Shown here piece by piece: positions 54,501 through 64,000 of a stretch of DNA of 64,000 nucleotides. Positions within the stretch are counted from its first letter, which is position 1. Every line of letters starts with the position of its first letter. The translations under genes and the position numbers were made by a program. The DNA is taken from positions 5,332,001 to 5,396,000 of the forward strand of contig OZ024759.1 of assembly GCA_964016885.1 (NCBI GenBank), given 5' to 3'. This DNA is from Eledone cirrhosa (lineage: Eukaryota). Under the pieces are notes generated by a model. The model did no database searches. It saw nothing but the letters and a program-made list of their open reading frames with translations, and was not told the DNA's origin.

Positions 54501-57500
54501 GGTGAGAATTCATTTAAGTTCATGGTACTAGCTGTCAGAAGTAACTCCACTGTTGGTGAGAATTCATTTAAGTTCATGGTATTAGCTGTCAGAAGTAACT
54601 CCACTGTTGGTGAGAATTCATTTAAGTCATGGTATTAGCTGTCAGAAGTAACTCCATTGTTGGTGAGAATTCATTTAAGTCATGGTACTAGCTGTCAGAA
54701 GTAACTCCACTGTTGGTGAGAATTCATTTAAGTTCATGGTACTAGCTGTCAAAAGTAACTCCAATGTTGGTGAGAATTCATTTAAGTTCATGGTATTAGC
54801 TGTCAGAAGGAACTCCACTGTTGGTGAGAATTCATTTAAGTTCATGGTATTAGTTGTCAGAAGTAACTCCAATGTTGGTGAGAATTCATTTAAGTTCATG
54901 GTACTAGCTGTCAGAAGTAACTCCACTGTTGGTGAGAATTCATTTAAGTTCATGGTATTAGCTGTCAGAAGTAACTCCACTGTTGGTGAGAATTCATTTA
55001 AGTTCATGGTATTAGCTGTCAGAAGTAACTCCACTGTTGGTGAGAATTCATTTAAGTCATGGTATTAGTTTTCAGAAGTAACTCCAATGTTGGTGAGAAT
55101 TCATTTAAGTTCATGGTACTAGCTGTCAGAAGTAACTCCACTGTTGGTGAGAATTCATTTAAGTTCATGGTATTAGCTGTCAGAAGTAACTCCACTGTTG
55201 GTGAGAATTCATTTAAGTTCATGGTATTAGCTGTCAAAAGTAACTCCACTGTTGGTGAGAATTCATTTAAGTCATGGTACTAGCTGTCAGAAGTAACTCC
55301 ACTGTTGGTGAGAATTCATTTAAGTTCATGGTATTAGCTGTCAGAAGTAACTCCACTGTTGGTGAGAATTCATTTAAGTTCATGGTATTAGCTGTCAGAA
55401 GTAACTCCACTGTTGGTGAGAATTCATTTAAGTTCATGGTACTAGCTGTCAGAAGTAACTCCACTGTTGGTGAGAATTCATTTAAGTTCATGGTACTAGC
55501 TGTCAGAAGTAACTCCAATGTTGGTGAGAATTCATTTAAGTTCATGGTATTAGCTGTCAGAAGTAACTCCACTGTTGGTGAGAATTCATTTAAGTTCATG
55601 GTATTAGCTGTCAAAAGTAACTCCACTGTTGGTGAGAATTCATTTAAGTTCATGGTATTAGCTGTCAGAAGTAACTCCACTGTTGGTGAGAATTCATTTA
55701 AGTTCATGGTACTAGCTGTCAGAAGTAACTCCACTGTTGGTGAGAATTCATTTAAGTCATGGTATTAGCTGTCAGAAGTAACTCCAATGTTGGTGAGAAT
55801 TCATTTAAGTCATGGTACTAGCTGTCAGAAGTAACTCCAATGTTGGTGAGAATTCATTTAAGTTCATGGTATTAGCTGTCAGAAGGAACTCCACTGTTGG
55901 TGAGAATTCATTTAAGTTCATGGTACTAGCTGTCAGAAGTAACTCCACTGTTGGTGAGAATTCAGTTAAGTTCATGGTACTAGCTGTCAGAATTAACTCC
56001 TCTGTTGGTGAGAATTCAGTTAAGTTCATGGTATGAGCTGTCAGAAGGAACTCCACTGTTGGTGAGAATTCATTTAAGTTCATGGTATTAGCTGTCAGAA
56101 GTAACTCCACTGTTGGTGAGAATTCATTTAAGTTCATGGTTCTAGCTGTCAGAAGTAACTCCACTGTTGGTGAGAATTCATTTAAGTTCATGGTACTAGC
56201 TGTCAGAAGTAACTCCACTGTTGGTGAGAATTCATTTAAGTCATGGTTCTAGCTGTCAGAAGTAACTCCACTGTTGGTGAGAATTCATTTAAGTTCATGG
56301 TACTAGCTGTCAGAAGTAACTCCACTGTTGGTGAGAATTCATTTAAGTTCATGGTACTAGCTGTCAGAAGTAACTCCACTGTTGGTGAGAATTCATTTAA
56401 GTCATGGTATTAGCTGTCAGAAGTAACTCCAATGTTGGTGAGAATTCATTTAAGTCATGGTACTAGCTGTCAGAAGTAACTCCAATGTTGGTGAGAATTC
56501 ATTTAAGTTCATGGTATTAGCTGTCAGAAGGAACTCCACTGTTGGTGAGAATTCATTTAAGTTCATGGTACTAGCTGTCAGAAGTAACTCCACTGTTGGT
56601 GAGAATTCAGTTAAGTTCATGGTACTAGCTGTCAGAAGTAACTCCTCTGTTGGTGAGAATTCAGTTAAGTTCATGGTATTAGCTGTCAGAAGGAACTCCA
56701 CTGTTGGTGAGAATTCATTTAAGTTCATGGTACTAGCTGTCAGAAGTAACTCCACTGTTGGTGAGAATTCAGTTAAGTTCATGGTACTAGCTGTCAGAAT
56801 TAACTCCTCTGTTGGTGAGAATTCAGTTAAGTTCATGGTATTAGCTGTCAGAAGGAACTCCACTGTTGGTGAGAATTCATTTAAGTTCATGGTATTAGCT
56901 GTCAGAAGTAACTCCACTGTTGGTGAGAATTCATTTAAGTTCATGGTTCTAGCTGTCAGAAGTAACTCCACTGTTGGTGAGAATTCATTTAAGTTCATGG
57001 TACTAGCTGTCAGAAGTAACTCCACTGTTGGTGAGAATTCATTTAAGTCATGGTTCTAGCTGTCAGAAGTAACTCCACTGTTGGTGAGAATTCATTTAAG
57101 TTCATGGTACTAGCTGTCAGAAGTAACTCCACTGTTGGTGAGAATTCATTTAAGTTCATGGTACTAGCTGTCAGAAGTAACTCCACTGTTGGTGAGAATT
57201 CATTTAAGTCATGGTATTAGCTGTCAGAAGTAACTCCAATGTTGGTGAGAATTCATTTAAGTCATGGTACTAGCTGTCAGAAGTAACTCCAATGTTGGTG
57301 AGAATTCATTTAAGTTCATGGTATTAGCTGTCAGAAGGAACTCCACTGTTGGTGAGAATTCATTTAAGTTCATGGTACTAGCTGTCAGAAGTAACTCCAC
57401 TGTTGGTGAGAATTCAGTTAAGTTCATGGTACTAGCTGTCAGAAGTAACTCCTCTGTTGGTGAGAATTCAGTTAAGTTCATGGTATTAGCTGTCAGAAGG

Positions 57501-60500
57501 AACTCCACTGTTGGTGAGAATTCATTTAAGTTCATGGTATTAGTTGTCAGAAGTAACTCCAATGTTGGTGAGAATTCATTTAAGTTCATGGTACTAGCTG
57601 TCAGAAGTAACTCCACTGTTGGTGAGAATTCATTTAAGTTCATGGTATTAGCTGTCAGAAGTAACTCCACTGTTGGTGAGAATTCATTTAAGTTCATGGT
57701 ATTAGCTGTCAGAAGTAACTCCACTGTTGGTGAGAATTCATTTAAGTCATGGTATTAGTTTTCAGAAGTAACTCCAATGTTGGTGAGAATTGATTTAAGT
57801 TCATGGTACTAGCTGTCAGAAGTAACTCCACTGTTGGTGAGAATTCATTTAAGTTCATGGTATTAGCTGTCAGAAGTAACTCCACTGTTGGTGAGAATTC
57901 ATTTAAGTTCATGGTATTAGCTGTCAAAAGTAACTCCACTGTTGGTGAGAATTCATTTAAGTCATTGTACTAGCTGTCAGAAGTAACTCCACTGTTGGTG
58001 AGAATTCATTTAAGTTCATGGTATTAGCTGTCAGAAGTAACTCCACTGTTGGTGAGAATTCATTTAAGTTCATGGTATTAGCTGTCAGAAGTAACTCCAC
58101 TGTTGGTGAGAATTCATTTAAGTTCATGGTACTAGCTGTCAGAAGTAACTCCACTGTTGGTGAGAATTCATTTAAGTTCATGGTACTAGCTGTCAGAAGT
58201 AACTCCAATGTTGGTGAGAATTCATTTAAGTTCATGGTATTAGCTGTCAGAAGTAACTCCACTGTTGGTGAGAATTCATTTAAGTTCATGGTATTAGCTG
58301 TCAAAAGTAACTCCACTGTTGGTGAGAATTCATTTAAGTTCATGGTATTAGCTGTCAGAAGTAACTCCACTGTTGGTGAGAATTCATTTAAGTTCATGGT
58401 ACTAGCTGTCAGAAGTAACTCCACTGTTGGTGAGAATTCATTTAAGTCATGGTATTAGCTGTCAGAAGTAACTCCAATGTTGGTGAGAATTCATTTAAGT
58501 CATGGTACTAGCTGTCAGAAGTAACTCCAATGTTGGTGAGAATTCATTTAAGTTCATGGTATTAGCTGTCAGAAGGAACTCCACTGTTGGTGAGAATTAA
58601 TTTAAGTTCATGGTACTAGCTGTCAGAAGTAACTCCACTGTTGGTGAGAATTCATTTAAGTCATGGTATTAGCTGTCAGAAGTAACTCCACTGTTGGTGA
58701 GAATTCATTTAAGTTCATGGTACTAGCTGTCAGAAGTAACTCCAATGTTGGTGAGAATTCATTTAAGTTCATGGTATTAGCTGTCAGAAGTAACTCCACT
58801 GTTGGTGAGAATTCATTTAAGTTCATGGTATTAGCTGTCAAAAGTAACTCCACTGTTGGTGAGAATTCATTTAAGTTCATGGTATTAGCTGTCAGAAGTA
58901 ACTCCACTGTTGGTGAGAATTCATTTAAGTTCATGGTACTAGCTGTCAGAAGTAACTCCACTGTTGGTGAGAATTCATTTAAGTCATGGTATTAGCTGTC
59001 AGAAGTAACTCCAATGTTGGTGAGAATTCATTTAAGTCATGGTACTAGCTGTCAGAAGTAACTCCAATGTTGGTGAGAATTCATTTAAGTTCATGGTATT
59101 AGCTGTCAGAAGGAACTCCACTGTTGGTGAGAATTCATTTAAGTTCATGGTACTAGCTGTCAGAAGTAACTCCACTGTTGGTGAGAATTCAGTTAAGTTC
59201 ATGGTACTAGCTGTCAGAAGTAACTCCTCTGTTGGTGAGAATTCAGTTAAGTTCATGGTATTAGCTGTCAGAAGGAACTCCACTGTTGGTGAGAATTCAT
59301 TTAAGTTCATGGTATTAGCTGTCAGAAGTAACTCCACTGTTGGTGAGAATTCATTTAAGTTCATGGTTCTAGCTGTCAGAAGTAACTCCACTGTTGGTGA
59401 GAATTCATTTAAGTTCATGGTACTAGCTGTCAGAAGTAACTCCACTGTTGGTGAGAATTCATTTAAGTCATGGTTCTAGCTGTCAGAAGTAACTCCACTG
59501 TTGGTGAGAATTCATTTAAGTTCATGGTACTAGCTGTCAGAAGTAACTCCACTGTTGGTGAGAATTCATTTAAGTTCATGGTACTAGCTGTCAGAAGTAA
59601 CTCCACTGTTGGTGAGAATTCATTTAAGTTCATAGTACTAGCTGTCAGAAGTAACTCCACTGTTGGTGAGAATTCATTTAAGTTCATGGTACTAGCTGTC
59701 AGAAGTAACTCCAATGTTGGTGAGAATTCATTTAAGTTCATGGTATTAGCTGTCAGAAGTAACTCCACTGTTGGTGAGAATTCATTTAAGTCATGGTATT
59801 AGCTGTCAGAAGTAACTCCATTGTTGGTGAGAATTCATTTAAGTCATGGTACTAGCTGTCAGAAGTAACTCCACTGTTGGTGAGAATTCATTTAAGTTCA
59901 TGGTACTAGCTGTCAGAAGTAACTCCACTGTTGGTGAGAATTCATTTAAGTTCATGGTATTAGCTGTCAGAAGTAACTCCACTGTTGGTGAGAATTCATT
60001 TAAGTTCATGGTATTAGTTGTCAGAAGTAACTCCAATGTTGGTGAGAATTCATTTAAGTTCATGGTACTAGCTGTCAGAAGTAACTCCACTGTTGGTGAG
60101 AATTCATTTAAGTTCATGGTATTAGCTGTCAGAAGTAACTCCACTGTTGGTGAGAATTCATTTAAGTTCATGGTATTAGCTGTCAGAAGTAACTCCACTG
60201 TTGGTGAGAATTCATTTAAGTCATGGTATTAGTTTTCAGAAGTAACTCCAATGTTGGTGAGAATTCATTTAAGTTCATGGTACTAGTTGTCAGAAGTAAC
60301 TCCACTGTTGGTGAGAATTCATTTAAGTTCATGGTATTAGTTGTCAGAAGTAACTCCACTGTTGGTGAGAATTCATTTAAGTCATGGTATTAGTTGTCAG
60401 AAGTAACTCCAATGTTGGTGAGAATTCATTTAAGTTCATGGTACTAGCTGTCAGAAGTAACTCCACTGTTGGTGAGAATTCATTTAAGTTCATCTTATTA

Positions 60501-63500
60501 GCTGTCAGAAGTAACTCCACTGTTGGTGAGAATTCATTTAAGTCATGGTATTAGCTGTCAGAAGTAACTCCATTGTTGGTGAGAATTCATTTAAGTCATG
60601 GTACTAGCTGTCAGAAGTAACTCCACTGTTGGTGAGAATTCATTTAAGTTCATGGTACTAGCTGTCAGAAGTAACTCCACTGTTGGTGAGAATTCATTTA
60701 AGTTCATGGTATTAGCTGTCAGAAGTAACTCCACTGTTGGTGAGAATTCATTTAAGTTCATGGTATTAGTTGTCAGAAGTAACTCCAATGTTGGTGAGAA
60801 TTCATTTAAGTTCATGGTACTAGCTGTCAGAAGTAACTCCACTGTTGGTGAGAATTCATTTAAGTTCATGGTATTAGCTGTCAGAAGTAACTCCACTGTT
60901 GGTGAGAATTCATTTAAGTTCATGGTATTAGCTGTCAGAAGTAACTCCACTGTTGGTGAGAATTCATTTAAGTCATGGTATTAGTTTTCAGAAGTAACTC
61001 CAATGTTGGTGAGAATTGATTTAAGTTCATGGTACTAGCTGTCAGAAGTAACTCCACTGTTGGTGAGAATTCATTTAAGTTCATGGTATTAGCTGTCAGA
61101 AGTAACTCCACTGTTGGTGAGAATTCATTTAAGTTCATGGTATTAGCTGTCAAAAGTAACTCCACTGTTGGTGAGAATTCATTTAAGTCATTGTACTAGC
61201 TGTCAGAAGTAACTCCACTGTTGGTGAGAATTCATTTAAGTTCATGGTATTAGCTGTCAGAAGTAACTCCACTGTTGGTGAGAATTCATTTAAGTTCATG
61301 GTATTAGCTGTCAGAAGTAACTCCACTGTTGGTGAGAATTCATTTAAGTTCATGGTACTAGCTGTCAGAAGTAACTCCACTGTTGGTGAGAATTCATTTA
61401 AGTTCATGGTACTAGCTGTCAGAAGTAACTCCAATGTTGGTGAGAATTCATTTAAGTTCATGGTATTAGCTGTCAGAAGTAACTCCACTGTTGGTGAGAA
61501 TTCACTTAAGTTCATGGTATTAGCTGTCAAAAGTAACTCCACTGTTGGTGAGAATTCATTTAAGTTCATGGTATTAGCTGTCAGAAGTAACTCCACTGTT
61601 GGTGAGAATTCATTTAAGTTCATGGTACTAGCTGTCAGAAGTAACTCCACTGTTGGTGAGAATTCATTTAAGTCATGGTATTAGCTGTCAGAAGTAACTC
61701 CAATGTTGGTGAGAATTCATTTAAGTCATGGTACTAGCTGTCAGAAGTAACTCCAATGTTGGTGAGAATTCATTTAAGTTCATGGTATTAGCTGTCAGAA
61801 GGAACTCCACTGTTGGTGAGAATTAATTTAAGTTCATGGTACTAGCTGTCAGAAGTAACTCCACTGTTGGTGAGAATTCATTTAAGTCATGGTATTAGCT
61901 GTCAGAAGTAACTCCACTGTTGGTGAGAATTCATTTAAGTTCATGGTACTAGCTGTCAGAAGTAACTCCAATGTTGGTGAGAATTCATTTAAGTTCATGG
62001 TATTAGCTGTCAGAAGTAACTCCACTGTTGGTGAGAATTCATTTAAGTTCATGGTATTAGCTGTCAAAAGTAACTCCACTGTTGGTGAGAATTCATTTAA
62101 GTTCATGGTATTAGCTGTCAGAAGTAACTCCACTGTTGGTGAGAATTCATTTAAGTTCATGGTACTAGCTGTCAGAAGTAACTCCACTGTTGGTGAGAAT
62201 TCATTTAAGTCATGGTATTAGCTGTCAGAAGTAACTCCAATGTTGGTGAGAATTCATTTAAGTCATGGTACTAGCTGTCAGAAGTAACTCCAATGTTGGT
62301 GAGAATTCATTTAAGTTCATGGTATTAGCTGTCAGAAGGAACTCCACTGTTGGTGAGAATTCATTTAAGTTCATGGTACTAGCTGTCAGAAGTAACTCCA
62401 CTGTTGGTGAGAATTCAGTTAAGTTCATGGTACTAGCTGTCAGAAGTAACTCCTCTGTTGGTGAGAATTCAGTTAAGTTCATGGTATTAGCTGTCAGAAG
62501 GAACTCCACTGTTGGTGAGAATTCATTTAAGTTCATGGTATTAGCTGTCAGAAGTAACTCCACTGTTGGTGAGAATTCATTTAAGTTCATGGTTCTAGCT
62601 GTCAGAAGTAACTCCACTGTTGGTGAGAATTCATTTAAGTTCATGGTACTAGCTGTCAGAAGTAACTCCACTGTTGGTGAGAATTCATTTAAGTCATGGT
62701 TCTAGCTGTCAGAAGTAACTCCACTGTTGGTGAGAATTCATTTAAGTTCATGGTACTAGCTGTCAGAAGTAACTCCACTGTTGGTGAGAATTCATTTAAG
62801 TTCATGGTACTAGCTGTCAGAAGTAACTCCACTGTTGGTGAGAATTCATTTAAGTTCATAGTACTAGCTGTCAGAAGTAACTCCACTGTTGGTGAGAATT
62901 CATTTAAGTTCATGGTACTAGCTGTCAGAAGTAACTCCAATGTTGGTGAGAATTCATTTAAGTTCATGGTATTAGCTGTCAGAAGGAACTCCACTGTTGG
63001 TGAGAATTCATTTAAGTTCATGGTATTAGCTGTCAGAAGTAACTCCACTGTTGGTGAGAATTCATTTAAGTTCATGGTACTAGTTGTCAGAAGTAACTCC
63101 ACTGTTGGTGAGAATTCATTTAAGTTCATGGTATTAGTTGTCAGAAGTAACTCCACTGTTGGTGAGAATTCATTTAAGTCATGGTATTAGTTGTCAGAAG
63201 TAACTCCAATGTTGGTGAGAATTCATTTAAGTTCATGGTACTAGCTGTCAGAAGTAACTCCACTGTTGGTGAGAATTCATTTAAGTTGATGGTATTAGCT
63301 GTCAGAAGTAACTCCACTGTTGGTGAGAATTCATTTAAGTCATGGTATTAGCTGTCAGAAGTAACTCCATTGTTGGTGAGAATTCATTTAAGTCATGGTA
63401 CTAGCTGTCAGAAGTAACTCCACTGTTGGTGAGAATTCATTTAAGTTCATGGTACTAGCTGTCAGAAGTAACTCCACTGTTGGTGAGAATTCATTTAAGT

Positions 63501-64000
63501 TCATGGTATTAGCTGTCAGAAGTAATTCCACTGTTGGTGAGAATTCATTTAAGTTCATGGTATTAGTTGTCAGAAGTAACTCCAATGTTGGTGAGAATTC
63601 ATTTAAGTTCATGGTACTAGCTGTCAGAAGTAACTCCACTGTTGGTGAGAATTCATTTAAGTTCATGGTATTAGCTGTCAGAAGTAACTCCACTGTTGGT
63701 GAGAATTCATTTAAGTTCATGGTATTAGCTGTCAGAAGTAACTCCACTGTTGGTGAGAATTCACTAAGTCATGGTATTAGTTTTCAGAAGTAACTCCAAT
63801 GTTGGTGAGAATTCATTTAAGTTCATGGTACTAGCTGTCAGAAGTAACTCCACTGTTGGTGAGAATTCATGTAAGTTCATGGTATTAGCTGTCAGAAGTA
63901 ACTCCACTGTTGGTGAGAATTCATTTAAGTTCATGGTATTAGCTGTCAAAAGTAACTCCACTGTTGGTGAGAATTCATTTAAGTCATGGTACTAGCTGTC
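18527..64000. repeat. Satellite DNA, 54-bp monomer (53- and 55-bp variants), ~840 copies in window; open at the right window edge
   Basis: Consensus CTCCACTGTTGGTGAGAATTCATTTAAGTTCATGGTAYTAGCTGTCAGAAGTAA (54 bp; EcoRI GAATTC and AluI AGCT sites). The 53-bp variant reads AAGTCATG and the 55-bp variant TAGTTTGTC. Uninterrupted and in one orientation throughout. Confidence 0.99.

Noticed and set aside
18527-64000. CRISPR-like array next to a reverse transcriptase
   Set aside because: There are no unique spacers (whole units repeat), no cas genes, and the context is eukaryotic. The same applies to the 111-bp array. The RT is a non-LTR retrotransposon type, not a retron/DGR/group II intron type.

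Overview
Eukaryotic, gene-free, repeat-dominated window. The compound (TA)n/(CA)n microsatellites and the RTE-type LINE with a (TGA)n tail suggest an invertebrate, possibly a cephalopod (inference only). Left to right: (1) 1-10781, about 97 tandem copies of a 110-112 bp unit, already under way at position 1; (2) 10782-13433, a decayed, 5'-truncated RTE-clade LINE on the minus strand (copy A); (3) 13434-14664, two oppositely oriented compound TA/CA microsatellite arms around a ~46 bp spacer; (4) 14665-17768, a second copy of the same LINE (copy B) with a (TGA)5 tail, full 3' UTR and an uninterrupted 902-codon frame covering a truncated endonuclease, the RT and the C-terminus; (5) 17769-18500, another TA/TG microsatellite; (6) ~18527-64000, about 840 copies of a 53-55 bp EcoRI-containing satellite with layered higher-order structure. 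Two observations stand out. The 111-bp satellite is the amplified 3' UTR of LINE copy A, and the unamplified single-copy state, bounded by a 7-bp GGACTGT direct repeat, survives in copy B 4 kb away. The LINE ORF also carries a canonical C4HC3 PHD finger just after the RT core. Almost all ORFs in the supplied track are translation artefacts of the tandem repeats.
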